64,000 nt of DNA, taken from NCBI RefSeq assembly GCF_006345805.1, contig NC_042997.1, positions 138,322,001-138,386,000 on the forward strand. Reading direction: 5' to 3'. Of this stretch, positions 1 through 13,486 are shown piece after piece (within the stretch, counting starts at the first letter, position 1; each line of letters starts with the position of its first letter). The notes beneath the pieces were generated by a model, which was given only the letters and a program-made list of their open reading frames with translations, was not told the DNA's origin and ran no database searches. The stretch is from Octopus sinensis. Lineage: Eukaryota. The translations under genes and the position numbers were made by a program.

Positions 1-292
1 TGTCTTCAAATTTATTCACAAAGCATCAGTCAGCCCAGGGCTATAATAGAAAGCACCTGCCCAAGGTGATGTGCGATGGGGCTGAACTCAAAACCATATG
101 GTTGCAAAGCAAACTTCTTAGCCACAAAACCATGCTTTGCACCTAATTCTAACAACCACTCTCTTTTTTTTTTCCATCATTTATTGTATAAAACACAAGT
201 TTTATCAGAGAAGTTTCCAATTCACTGGATGCCGTGAAATTTTATTTTTATTGTATTACAAGAGAGCACCTATGTAAAAAAAAAAAAAAATA

Positions 293-1093
293 TATATCAG
301 AGGCACAATCAGTGCGTGACCTGGGTATTTACATGAGTGATGACGCAACCTTTCGTGTACATGTTGCTAAATTGGCAATGAAATGTAGACGACTGGCCGG
401 ATGGATTCTCAGAACCTTTAGAACAAGAGAACAAGAAACCATGATGGTCCTCTGGAGGACATTTGTCCTAAGCCACTTTGACTATTGCTCTCAGCTATGG
501 TCACCATCCAGTGTCAAGTTGATCACAGAACTTGAGGCGATCCAACGTAGCTACACGAAGAAGATAGCCTCTATGCAGAATATAAGCTACTGGGAAAGAC
601 TCAAGAGATTAAAACTCTATTCCTTGGAGCGTAGGCGAGAAAGATACGCCATTATATACATCTGGAAGATCCTGGAGGGACTTGTCCCAAACTTTGGCAT
701 CGAGAGTTACACAAATGCCAGAACTGGGCACCACTGCGTGGTGCCTAGGACTCCAAATTTGCCATCAAGATGTAGGACAAGATACTGTGATAGCCTGGGC
801 TTCTGAGGCCCACAGCTCTTCAATATCCTCCCGAAGAACTTAAGAGACCTGCATGGGGTGGATGCAGATGTCTTTAAAATGAAACTGGATCTCTTCCTGT
901 CAGGTATCCCAGATGAACCAACTTCATGGCAGGAGGTGCAGATGAGGGCAGCTGCATCGAACTCTCTCATGCACCAAATGGCAGTTGCTAAAAAGCATTC
1001 GTGAAGTAAAACCATGTAGCAACACCAAATGGCGGTGCCCCAGCATGGCCACAGCTCATGAGCTGAAACTAGAATCAATCAATCAATCAATCA

Positions 1094-1096
<3 letters not shown>
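293..1096 (+). mobile_element. CR1-group LINE, 5'-truncated 3' fragment (RT C-terminus, 3' UTR, (AATC)n tail)
   Basis: The translation VRDLGIYMS..DYCSQLWSP..LEAIQRSYTK..LKLYSLERRRERY is typical of a CR1 ORF2 end. There is one in-frame TGA at 804-806, and the frame continues to about 1004. The 3' UTR is GGCGGTGCCCCAGCATGGCCACAGCTCATGAGCTGAAAC. Confidence 0.9.
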
Positions 1097-1130
<34 letters not shown>

Positions 1131-1492
1131 CTGTGTGTGTGTGTGTATATAGAGTTCAATCTGATTTTTATTCTAATGGTCCCTTGGAAGATGACAATTT
1201 AAATTTAAATAATTATCAGCCTTTTCAGTATTTTTCTATATTAAATGAGTCTCCCCTGTGACCAGAATTACATACTAAGTTACTCATATAAAACATGTCA
1301 TATCTTATCTGTTTCCATACCATATATTTTAATCTTTCTACAGCTCTACTGCTTTTGTTCTGAAACCTCTTTGTTCATTAAGCTGCATTGAAGGTAACCC
1401 AGTTAGAAGAGAATATTTCTCCTTACATATTATAAGGTTTTATTTAATTAAAAATTACTTTTATGTTAAAGCCATGACTAAAATATAAAGGC

Positions 1493-1729
1493 TTAACCCT
1501 TTAATGTTCAGATTACTCTGTCAAGTGTAATGCTTATTTATTCACATTGTTTTGAATTAATCAAGCATTGTCTCGTAGCTTTGAGGTTTTGATGATGCGA
1601 TTGATTAGTTTTAGGAGAACATCATAGGGGTTGGTGAGAACATCATAGAGGACAAATCTGGCTAGTTTGAATATAAAACAGGTTGAATATTTGGGCCAGA
1701 TATAGCCAGTTTAAATACTAAAACGTTAA
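1493..1729. mobile_element. piggyBac-like MITE (TTAA CCCTTT ... AAAGGG TTAA family)
   Basis: TTAA-flanked, CCCT-initiated element of about 235 bp. Related copies lie at 4771-4979, about 10655-10846 and 16267-16440(-). A second TTAA/CCCT family lies at 7482-7689, with an inverted fragment at about 7975-8160. Confidence 0.7.
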
Positions 1730-2343
1730 AACCTTACCCAAAATATAAATATATTGGTGTGTAAAACCAAGCATAGATGTGTGGCTGCAAAGTCAGAACC
1801 ATATGGTTCTCAGCTCACTTCCATTGTATGGTATCTTTGGCAAGTATCTCTGACTGTAGCCTTAGGCCAACCAATGCATTGTGAGTAAAATTAGTGGATT
1901 AAAAGTAAAAGAAGAATGCTGTACATGTGGATGTGAATTTTGCTGTATGATTAGTACTATGTGAGTAGGAATGGCACAATCTCTGTTCATTAAAGAGTCT
2001 TGCAATTTCAGCTTTCAATGTGTCAGGACTAGCAGAATGAAATAAATACCTTACTTGAGGGTTAAATGAACATAATTCTAATATTCACTATCTCATTCAG
2101 CACTCAATGAGAACTGAATGACTTGGTATCAATTATCTGTATTTCCAAACCATTTCACTAATTTGCTTGATATCCATCACTTGTTTCTATCATCTAAACT
2201 TGGATGGTCTCATCTAGAAAAGCTGTCTATAACTGTGTTTTCTTATTCAGTTCAGTTAATTTATTGCTGTTACTAAGTTACTGGTAATTATTCAAGACAG
2301 CAACCTCCTCAAATAATTCCATCTCTTGGATTGCATTGTAAAT

Positions 2344-2455
2344 TCCTATAAAATTTGGAAACCTAAATGCAATCAATTCCATTTGTTGGTCTTTTGGATA
2401 CTTATCCTAAACAATAGAATTTAAGACTCTTGTAGGATATTTATTATTCAAATGT
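2344..2455 (+). repeat. 112-bp direct repeat, partner at 5094-5205
   Basis: 110 of 112 positions are identical by manual comparison. Confidence 0.92.
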
Positions 2456-2825
2456 CCCCCCCCTCTCCACAATGGTATTTCCTGTCATCTGTACCTCCAC
2501 CTTTGTTCACTCATTACATTCACCTCTACCCTATTCTCTATCTGTCATTCTCCCCTCACATTCTTATGAAACTACTCTCCACCCATCTTCTGTCTGTATC
2601 CTCTCATGCTCACCTTCTTGTACCTTGAGAGTTTGCGCTGATACTCCATCATGACCATCTTATTTTCGTCCCAGCTACTTCCATTGACACTTATATAATG
2701 CAGGGTAGCCATGTACCTTCTCTATAGTAAAACACCTACCTGGCATAAAGCCACTTCCCCTTCTCAAATACTCCCCCTTTCACTTAGTTGAGGGATCTTT
2801 TTCTTTTTACTTTTTCTGTTCTGTA

Positions 2826-3030
2826 AGTTACCTGGTGACCTCATTAGTGCTGGTGACATGAGAAATGCATTCAGTACACACTGTGAAGTGGTTGGCATTA
2901 GGAAGTGTGTCCATCTGTAGAAACCATATCAAGGGTGACATTGGAGCTCAATGTAGCTCTGCAGTTTGCTAGATTGTATCAAACCATCCATCTCAGGCCG
3001 GCATAGAAAACTGACATTAAATTATGATGC
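2826..3030 (+). mobile_element. Older RTE-family 3' tail fragment
   Basis: gtggttggcattaggaagtgtgtccatctgtag...atccatctcaggccggcatagaaaactgacattaaattatgatg. Confidence 0.65.
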
Positions 3031-3758
3031 ACAATGAAAGAAGTGAATTAAAAGAGAACTCAGTCTTGGATTCTATTGCTTAGGCTGCAATACTTTATAC
3101 TTAAAATGCATCACCAACTTTCTAATTAAAAAAGTTTTGCCCAGCAACTTCTCACCACCAACAAATTGGTTACCTCTCACTTGTCCTTTGTACTGTAATA
3201 CTGAACTTGTTGACTGCATTCAGACTGCCACTTGTACTTGTTCAATACACATAGCTCTCTTGTATAGCTATGTCTTAACTACATATTTTAAACTAATCTA
3301 TGAAATTACCCTCTAACAATTTAAATTGAACATTAATTGTATTAACCTGACCTAGTTATACTAAGCAATCAGTCTGAGAGGGGCTAAAAAATCAATAAAT
3401 GCTATCCTTCCTTCCTCAGACAAACTAGTATAAAACAATTCATAATTGATTACCTTTTATAAGTTATTCACATGCACTAAGCTTCCTCTTTGGTTATAGA
3501 TTGCAGCAACTGGTAGCTGGCTGTTTTAATCTTAATTAATAATTGTAATATCTAGTTATCCACCCACATCTAATAGTTTCATTGCTTACCAGAGAGTATG
3601 TTGCATAATTTTATCAAATGACTTTGTTTCTCCTCTAAAAATATTGTAGTTGTCTGAAACAATTTCTTCCCCCATAAAGAAGCAAAATGTACAGGCAGCA
3701 ACTCAAAGGAAACTTTTGATGTGAGCAATATTATCTATAGCATCATGGCTTTGTTGGA

Positions 3759-3761
<3 letters not shown>

Positions 3762-3849
<88 letters not shown>

Positions 3850-3856
3850 TAGAGAG
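3762..3856. repeat. (GA)n microsatellite
   Basis: Directly visible. Similar tracts lie at 55480-55545, at 30172-30245 ((CT)n(AT)n) and at 32548-32610 ((TA)n). Confidence 0.97.
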
Positions 3857-5929
3857 AATTCTTTGATGGTGAATCAAAAGTGAAAAAATGATATTGATTG
3901 ATAGATACATGAAGAGGTTACTGTACTGCTGCAGATTTTTATTCAAAACAAATTGTTCATGTTGGGTGAAATTGTATTACATGTTAGAGGATGGGGCAGG
4001 AGTTTCCTAACAAAGCACCAAAGCAAGGTACTGAGATTCTGATATTGAAATTTAGGCATCACAAATGAAATCTTACTGTGAATAACTCAAAGGATAGCTT
4101 TATGCCAGCATTCTTCAATGCTAATTTTTACTTTGAATATGTTTTTTGAAAAACGTTATCTTATTTCTGAAGTTGTCATCTTAGTTCATTTTTAACATTT
4201 CTAATAACTCCCACATTCTTTCATCACAAACTCTCAACCAAATTATTATAAAGAACTGAATAAATTGCAATCCTCAGTAATCTGATATTTTGTATGCACT
4301 TAACTTCCCCCCACCTCTTCTGTTGCCTCCTCAAACCACTCACCATCAATTTACTGTCAGAAAATTATTACAAGCTGATAACTGTCTACTGCACATAGCC
4401 AGCAGAATGGTTTTCTACTAAAACCTCCATGGGATATTATATACATAACGGAGATTATTAACCTTTTTGCCTGTCTAAAGCATTTTCATAAGTTTGTCCT
4501 AAATGTCCATGCTTCTTTTGAGATTTTAGTTAGCCCTTGTTTTGTAATTTCTGAGTAATATGAAGCTTTCCTTTCCTAAGTTTTGAACTACACTGGTAGT
4601 TGAAAAAAATTTGGAATGTATATTATATATAATACATAGACTCTCAGGGAAATCTGTCCTGTATATCAGGTGATACACAGGATAGGCAAAATTTATAAAA
4701 CAGCTTTCTTCAATTAGTGTACAACTGATATTAACAAAATACATAGCATTTATTTTAAAAAAATGCTAGTTTAACCCTTTAGCATTCACATTATTCTCTC
4801 AATAGTGATGTTTATTTATTTACACTATTGTGAATTACTCAATCATTATTTTGTAGCTTTGAGATTTTGATGAGGTTACTGTTAAGTTTTAGAATAATAT
4901 TGTAGGATTAGGTGCCAGGTCTGGCCAGTTTGAACATAAAACAGGTAAAATATTTTGGCCAGATATGGCCAGTTTAAATTCAAACAAAAACAGTAAAATG
5001 TATGATGTCTTTTTGTCCAGTTTATTGCCATCTAGTTCTCTTACATTTGTTGTCTGCATCTTCATTTTTGCACATTTCCTTGAATTTGATGAATCCTATA
5101 AAATTTGGAAATCTAAATGCAATCAATTCCATTTGTTGGTCTTTTGGATACTTAGCCTAAACAATAGAATTTAAGACTCTTGTAGGATATTTATTATTCA
5201 AATGTTTTATCAATCTAAAATGGCCTTATTATTATACTTTTGATGCTGTTGTTCACATAAACCATTAATGTTATTCAATTCTGATGATATTCTCTGTGCT
5301 TATATTATTTCCACTGCTTTGTCACAAAGTTCCTGAATTCAGTGAAATTCCAAATTTTGTTTTATAAACTCTCATTATGAATGGACTTCTTAAGATAGTG
5401 TACATTTCCTAACCTCAAATATCTGAAATATAGAATAACAGAACTCTCATCCTTGTTGCTTTAAATTGTTGATCAATCCTCCTCTTATTAACCCTGTAAA
5501 AACTGATGAAACAATTATAATTGATTACCTATCTTTATCATTTCTTTCCTAGAAAAGCTTCAAAATAGCCAAATGCATTCGAGTCTAATACTCTAACATT
5601 AATAAATCTTTGTATTGAACCCCCCCCCCCCCCCCATGAACACTGAGGGCATAGAACAATATCTTCATGATGTTTTTTTTTTTAATGTTTAAAGATGTGT
5701 AAAAATGATGTGCATGACAAAAACCTTGAAATAGGTTTTGCCACTATTTTGATGGTTGCAGACAACAGATGGAATGAGACAGTCTATGTAGATTTATAAA
5801 ATGTCCATGGGCTGCAACACATAATACTAGGTTGAATATGACTTTGGAGGACATATTTAATTGCCAGCCCACTTGAAATACTCTAGTTTTAATGCTATAA
5901 TATCTATTTCAAAGTGTTCATATTTAGAT

Positions 5930-6135
5930 CATCATCATTCATCGTCCATTGTCAATGCTGGCATAGGGTGAACAGTTTGACTGGATATGATGGGCCCAAA
6001 GGACTGTATCCTGCTCCAGTATTTGCTGTGGCATAGTTTCTTTGGCTGGATGCCCTGCCTAATACCAACTGTTTTACAGTGTGTGTAGTGGGTGCTTTTT
6101 TCATGCCTCCAGTACTAGTGAAGTCATCATGTAAT
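5930..6135 (-). mobile_element. Older RTE-family 3' tail fragment
   Basis: catcatcattc..gcataggg..ggctggatgccctgcctaataccaac..gggtgctttttt. Confidence 0.65.
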
Positions 6136-8417
6136 TTGCAAAACTATGAACCCTAAGAAGTGGGTGGGTAGGGTGGGTGGGGTGACTTTATGCTAGGAGA
6201 CGAAGGGCAAAAGATGAGTAAAAGTATGAAAGAACGAGCCAGAACAGAACAAGTTTTTTTCACTGTAGAGGAGCTGCATGACACATTATTATGTTACAGA
6301 ATTACTATTTTGCTGAATTTCAGAGTTTGTTGTAGCACATAGATAATGTGTTCCATTAGAAAAATGATCATGAAAAAGTTAAAAGAACAAAGTTTGACGA
6401 TATTCTGCTTCCAACCACTTAGTGAAGCTCTCAAACTTAAGTGTTTTTGAAGGTTTTAAATCATAGATTAAGGAGGCAACAGTATAACATTACTCTAACT
6501 CTATACATTACTTGTATCATTAAAGTTGTACTATGTTTATATTGTATGCAAAATAACCAGTTATTGTATCATAAAATTGCTAAATAAAATAACATTAATT
6601 TAGAAAGTATTGAAAGTAAAGATCTATGAATTTGTCCTCGTATTGAAGCTGTTAACATTAACTTGTAAAAAGTGGCACATAAGGGAACTCCTAGTTTGTT
6701 TGATTATAACCCCATTGTTATACTGGAATTTTCTAAAACTCAGAAAGTTCAAAAGCAAACACTGGTCTGTAAAAGAAAATGCAAAACAAAATACTCTATG
6801 GTAACCTTTTTTATGGAGCTATTTTTATAAGATGGGTCTAAGGACAACAACTATATTACTGTAGCTGCTGTTGTAGCCATGTTAAGTCTGGCTTTCAAAT
6901 AATTGATCAATCATTGTAGTTGAAACAAAAGCAATATCTCTGGCTGTTGTACTCATTGGAATAATAACAACAACAACAAATTTTGTTTTCCAATTCACCC
7001 TTCTACTGAGCAATTCAAAACAAAATCGTGCCTTAACATATTAAGAAATCTACAAACAAAAAGCCTTTAGGTTATGATACAGTATATTGTTGGTGTCCTT
7101 GCCATATTAGCTTCTATTGGACGAGAAAATTAATAGAGTTGTTATAGAAATTTTAGGACAAAGCAAACTGTATTGGTAACATACTGTATAGTGATTATAA
7201 TCTTGCATCTGTAAATATGTAGTCTATTGAAGAGGAGAAGCAAGAAGTTTCAAAACAATCTCCACGAGTTCCTTTATAATCATGGTTGTCTATCTCTAAA
7301 ATAGTTAAGAGTAACCACTCTCTCCACACCCTGGTCTATCTCTGCTGGATGTGAATTAACAAGTAAACATAATTTACTTGACTGGTTACAATTTTTATTC
7401 CGCAACATTAAAAATTAAAATTCTTGATTTCCTTAAAGTCTAATAAAATCTAAGTGTGTAAACCTCACTATCCCCTAACACTAACCCTTCTGTTATATTT
7501 CTATTGAAATATGTTACCTTTGTTGTGTTTCAGTTAATTTTGAAAAGATGAATTTATTAAGCTGATATTTGAGGCATGAATTAACACAAATTTTCGATAA
7601 AAGGTTTTAATTTAGTTTACTTTAAATCAAGAAGCTTGTATCATAGGGCCAACTGGTGGTCTCAGATGGGTTGTTATCAAAAGGGTTAAAATATTAAAAA
7701 ATTTTTATATGCTTTTTGACCCATACATATTTACATATTTTGAAAGCTGGTCTCTATAGATTTTAAAAGCTAAAATTCACTTAGCTATCATCATATGGGT
7801 TGGAAACTTCCAGTGCCACATAACAGACCAATTAACAAATTTTTGTAGTATTAAGGAACTTTAAAACATTCAGTTACATGTTGTGCAAACACACAGACCA
7901 CTTCTCTATTTTAACCTGATTATTTGGAATAACCATTTCAATAATGGCTAATTCATTATAGTATGACTTGATAAAATATTTTTATACCAACTCTCCTGAG
8001 ACGACCTTTGGTTCTATGATACAAATTTCCTGTTTTAAAATAATTTAAATTAAAACCTTGCATGATAATTTCATGTTAATTTATGTTCAAGATAGTAGAT
8101 TAATATGACAAAAGTTATTTCATTAAATTCATCATTAATTTCAAAATTAATTTGGTTGTTTCTCAAGGATATAATCTATTGATAGCTTGATAGCTAACCA
8201 CATATGCTTTCTTCCATTCTAAGTGTTAACTATATCTCCTCACACAGTTAACATGTCTCCCAACTAACCCAGTGTTTCTCAACTAGGGTCCATATGGCCC
8301 TTGGAAGGCCATATGTTTATTGTTGCAATAAATTGGTTATACTTCTGCAAAACATAAGATATTTTGATAATTATTTTTATGCAGTTCCTTATAATAATTC
8401 ATTATAAAAATATAATA

Positions 8418-8740
8418 GGCTCAGTGGTTAGAGCTTAGGGCTCACAATCATGAGGTAGAGAGTTTGATTCTTGGACCAGGATATCTGTTGTGTTCTTGAC
8501 CAAGACACTTTATTTCACATTGCTCCAGTTCACTCAGCTGTAGGAATGAGTTGTGATGTCACTGGTGCCAAACTGTGTCAGCCTTTCTTTTCGTTTGGAT
8601 AACATTGATGACGTGGAGAGGGGAAGCTGGTATACATGGGTCATTGCTGGTCTTCCATAAACAACCTTGTCCAAACTTGTGCCTCGGAGGGTAACTTTCT
8701 AGGTGCAATCCCATGGTCATTCATGATTGAAGGGGGTCTT
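8418..8740 (+). mobile_element. tRNA-derived CORE-like SINE family B
   Basis: ggctcagtggttagagc (A box), gagtttgattc (B box) and the CORE-like gtgttcttgaccaagacactttatttcacattgctccagttcactcagctgtaggaatgag. Matching full copies lie at 16683-17007 and 33092-33393, with fragments at about 34441-34580, 51100-51310(-) and 51405-51540. Confidence 0.85.
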
Positions 8741-9849
8741 TTTTAAATAGGGTTTTTTAAGTATCAAGTGGCAAGGAGGGTCCACCTGAGTAAAATAGGT
8801 CCTGAGATAAAAAAAAAATGGCCAAGAAACAGTTGCACAGTTATCCCATATACATTCTGAAATCCATTCTCTTAAAAAAAGAAAAATTAGATTTAACAAT
8901 CTAGTAGGAGTTAACCACAATAAACCATTAATTCCAGAAAATAGAGTATTACACTGTTGTTCCATTCTCCCAAATCACCTGGAGCCAGTGGTTGTTTGCT
9001 CTGTTAGAAATACCTTCTTCAAAGCCAAACTTCCTGAAATCCAAACCCTTGACATTAAAAAAAAAAAAAAGCAACATCTTAAATAATCTAGAACTAGGGT
9101 ACATTGATATACTGTGTCTGAAGGAATAGTCACAGCTGGAGTGCCTTTGACTATAATTCTGCTTGATTAGGGTTAACTTGGGATGAAGCACCTCAACACT
9201 TAGAAATCCAACCCATAAATGACACTAACTTTTGTAATCTCTACAAAATGCTTGGTTTTATATTCTGATGACTTATTTTATTTGATAAAGCATAAATCAT
9301 CCTCTTTCAGAACTCATAACTTGCTGGTCATTATTATTGGAACAGTGCTACTCTATGGTTTGAACTTTTAGATAACTGTACTGATGTTGAGTAACTGGAG
9401 AAATAATTTGGTAAGGTCATTCTCAATGAAATATGTCTAAGATATGGGTCAGCAATTTTTTGTTAAAGGTGTGGCTGAGTGGTCAGTTCTCAATCATGTG
9501 GTCTTGGGTTCAGTCCCATTACATAACACTTTTGGAAAGTGGTTTCTACTATAGCCCTGGAATAACCAAAGCCTTGTGCATGGATTTGGTAGATGGAAAT
9601 GGAAAGAAAGGCCTGTTTTGTGTGTGTGTGTGTGTGTGTGTGTATACATACATACATACATATTTAATTTTTCCCTCCACCTTACCCTTGCCTGCTTCTC
9701 CTCCTCTTTTCATCTCTCTCTCTCTCTCTCTCATTAATACTTTCCTGTCTACATATGCAATCTCATATCTTTGTCTCAATTAGTGCTAATTGCTCAGATA
9801 GAAAATGTGTAAAACTGTTGTTTTTACTCTTTTTCTTTACAGCAATTTT

Positions 9850-10116
9850 ACCCTTGTCGCCTTACTGGCACCTGTGCCGGTGGCATGTGTAAAAAGATTC
9901 AAGCGAGGTCATTGCCAGTACCGCCTGACTGGCCCCCGTGCCGGTGGCATGTAAAAAGCACCCACTACACTCTCAGAGTGGTTGGTATTAGGAAGGGCAT
10001 CCAGCTGTAGAAACTCTGCCAGATCAAGATTGGGGCTGGTGCAGCCATCTAGTTTGCCAGCCCTCAGTCAAAATCGTCCAACCCATGCTAGCATGGAAAG
10101 TGGACGTTAAATGATG

Positions 10117-10118
<2 letters not shown>
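9850..10118 (+). mobile_element. RTE-family 3' tail fragment with two GTGCCGGTGGCA units
   Basis: It matches the 58285-58590 UTR and tail, and is CpG-rich. Confidence 0.8.
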
Positions 10119-10156
<38 letters not shown>

Positions 10157-11675
10157 ATGTGTGTGTATGTGTGTGTTTGTGTATTTTCTAGTCTAAGTAT
10201 CATGTGATGGTTGTAAATGATGATGATCATTATCTTCATACAAGTGATGTGGTTCATTTCTAGCCTTTTCTGAAAAACATGTCTATCTGTGGGAAATTAT
10301 TTCCTTACTTGGAAACAGGTGAGGGTTGGTGACAGGAAGGACACCAGGCTGTAGAAAATCTGCCTCCTGCAAGTATAGAAACGTGGATGTTAAATGATTT
10401 GCACATATCATATACCTTACATATATTAATATGTCTGCGTATCCCACCCATTTCCCTCTGTGGCAATGCCCATATAAATAACAAACAAAATGAAAAAATG
10501 GCACTTTAGACTACAAGTCATCTGTTGCTCAATGACACAGAAATAAAACTGTTTTGAAAATTCTTTTTGAAAAGGTCCAAGGACCTGTTACTGACCTTAT
10601 ATTGAACCAAGCAAAACCCTTCTAGGCTACACCAGTAATTTAACCATTCATCTTTCAGATTACTTTGTCAAATATAATGCTTATTTATTCACTTTGCTTT
10701 GAATTAATCATGCATTATCTTGTAGCTTTGAGATTTTGATGATGTGATTGTTCATTTTTAGATGATGAGAGGCCAAATTTAGCCATTTTGACCACAAGAC
10801 AGAATATTTTGCTCAGATATGGTCAGTTTAAATGCTAAAGAGTTAATAGTTGTTGTTTACTGGTGCTGGTGTTTTATTAGCTACCAAGTGTGACTTTATT
10901 GTTATTGACTTAGACAAAAATGCATACAATTTTATCTCAAGGTGATAATTATCTTAAGTAGTGGAAGAAGGGAGGATGTATTATATCTCTAAAATGATTT
11001 TTTCTAATTACCTACTATCACACCTGCTTACTGACATGTCTTATTTCATTGAAATGATAAACAAGCTTTACACTTCCATCAAAATATAGTTTGTATAGAG
11101 TAGTATTTTATTACCAAACCGTCATATCTAGTCATTTATAATTATAATTTGAACTGGTATTTAAATTTAGACATAGTTAATCTATGCAAGCATGAAGGGA
11201 AGAATGGGTATAAATGTAAAAAGAAGAAAAAAAAAACCCTCAAAACTGGCTGTCTTTTTTTCTAAGACTGCTAGTTCAGTTGTTAATAGAGGATATTTTT
11301 TTTATTTTAGAAAGTGAATAGTTAGTACTACTAATGAATAATAAAAACTTGGCAGACTTTCATTTACTTAATGTAAATTGAATGTCAGTAATAAGAATTA
11401 CAATATTCTGCTTGTAGTTCCAGGTTCTTTTTAATCAAGTAAATTTGTTTTAATATCTTAAATTTTATTAATACTGCATATTATATTTCTTTTCGTTCAT
11501 ATTATCTTCTTAACCTTTATTATTCTGTCAATAACATTTGTGGCAGTTATCATCTGTACGTCAGAACATTTTCAAACATGCTTAGATTCTTTCCTCAACT
11601 GAAAATCTTGTTCATCCTTCAGTTGATTCATAATTGGATATGTATAATTCTTTATTATTACCAGTGGTTTAATGC

Positions 11676-11750
11676 ATGAATACAGTTTGTATTCAGAATC
11701 CTATAATCCATCCTATATCTAACAAGATTGCAAAATATTGCAAAGCTTCG
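11676..11750 (+). CDS. Weak distal candidate first exon (MNTVCIQNPIIHPISNKIAKYCKAS, phase 0)
   Basis: Acceptor-like ttattattaccAG (11663-11664), 25 open codons, donor TCG|GTAGGT. An out-of-frame ATG lies 4 nt upstream, and the segment is 36 kb from the acceptor exon. Confidence 0.2.
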
Positions 11751-12223
11751 GTAGGTCAGTATTGATTAGAAGATATTTAAATGTCTTATTGATATTGCTT
11801 CCGTTGCTGTTACAAAACTTCTTTTTAAAGATTCTACATTACTTCATGTTACATTATTTCCAGACAGTATGATGATAAGACATTCACTTGTCATGCTTTA
11901 AGATATTGAAGTAACCACCCACTGGAAAATCTTAAGCTTTTTCAGAAGAGGTCTTGAAACATTTCACCAAACTCTTAGCAAAGACTTGTGGGTCTATTGA
12001 ATGAGTAAGAGTTATGTGATATGAATTGAACAATAATTTCTTTGTTTCTTCACGATGCAGTATTTTACTCTGAATGAATATCTTTGAATGGTCAATGTGT
12101 GTATTTACATTTACACATGAGTAAAGAAGAAAAAAACACTCATTAAATAGTGAAGGCTGATTTTGTAAGAGAAATTATAAATTCAAGATATGGGCCAAAC
12201 TATATTTATTATCATTCCTGTAA

Positions 12224-12535
12224 GATGCAGGCATGTGCATGCAAGTAAGAAGCTTGCTTCCTAACCACATGGTTTTAGGTTCAATCCCACTGCGTGGCAC
12301 CTAGGGCAAGTATCTTCTGCTATAGCCTTGGGCCAACCAAAGCCTTGTGAGTGGATTTGGTAGACAGAAACTGAAAGAAGCCTGTTGTTTATGTGTGTGT
12401 GTGTCCCTCCATGATCCAACAAAAGAGATCATTAGAATAAGTACCAATACTGGGGTCAGTTCATTTGACTAAAAGTTCTTCAATGTAGTGCCCCAGCATG
12501 GCTGCAGTCTAATGACTGAAACAAGATAAAAGATA
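12224..12535 (+). mobile_element. SINE family A with CR1-type tail
   Basis: It has the same head and central domain as 60283, with the tail gtagtgccccagcatggctgcagtctaatgactgaaac. Confidence 0.8.
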
Positions 12536-13486
12536 TGTTCTGAGTTCAATTACCACCAAAGTTTCCTTTGCCTTCCATCGCATCCTGGGGTTGGTTGAAT
12601 AAATGATAGGTATGTATTATGTTGATTGAATTTGTCACACCCCTCTCCTGAGAATATATGTTTCTCTTCAAATGTCGGGAATAATTAAGTTACATAAACC
12701 ATATTGAATCCCACCTACCCTTTTTAAAGAGAGTTTAATAAATGTTTTACAAAAACTGTTTTCTATCTAAAGTTAGCAAGCAAATAAGATGGACTCGTGA
12801 TGTTGCATTTTGCCTTTGATTTCACAAAAATACAGGATGGGTGGATGGGTAAGAACTCAAAATTATAGTTAACATTATTTAATGATTCATTTCTGTAGTT
12901 GGCAATAAATGATTAGTTAGATGAAAATGGCTTTAAATATCAATAAGAGAAAATTTTAATGGAGAGGCTAAAATTAGATTATTTCATGTTTTAGTTTTTA
13001 ATAAAAAATTGTGATTTGTTCATAACTTGATTTAATGTTTGAGTCATCAGTGGAAAATGAAATATTGAAATTTAATATTTTTTCTTTTCATATGAAACAT
13101 CTGCATGATTTGCTAGCCCATGTTTTGCATTTTAATGACAAACCAACTAACTATTGAGTTGTCAAATGGATGTGGCCTGTATTTTACAATTAGGCTAAAC
13201 GAAAAACTGGAGCCCATAATGCCTAAATACAACTATGTGCTGTTGGGCTGAGTTCAAAAATCCTTAACTGGACTTATTAATATGAAAATTTAAAAAATTT
13301 GAAAAAGGAGCTATCCTTTCTCTTTTTGAGTTATTCATAAATAATTTCTTTTAGATTCTGTTATAATTTTGAATATCAATATTCAGTTGTAAAACTACAT
13401 TAAGTCTGACCATCTATGTCTCACAGTTAACCTGTATACACCGTTGACTGATGTCTTTGTCCCATATAAAAGCCTCTTATAGAAAT

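Noticed and set aside
8418-8500. tRNA-like A/B boxes here and at other SINE heads
   Set aside because: There is no full cloverleaf, and each continues into SINE body sequence, so these are not tRNA genes.
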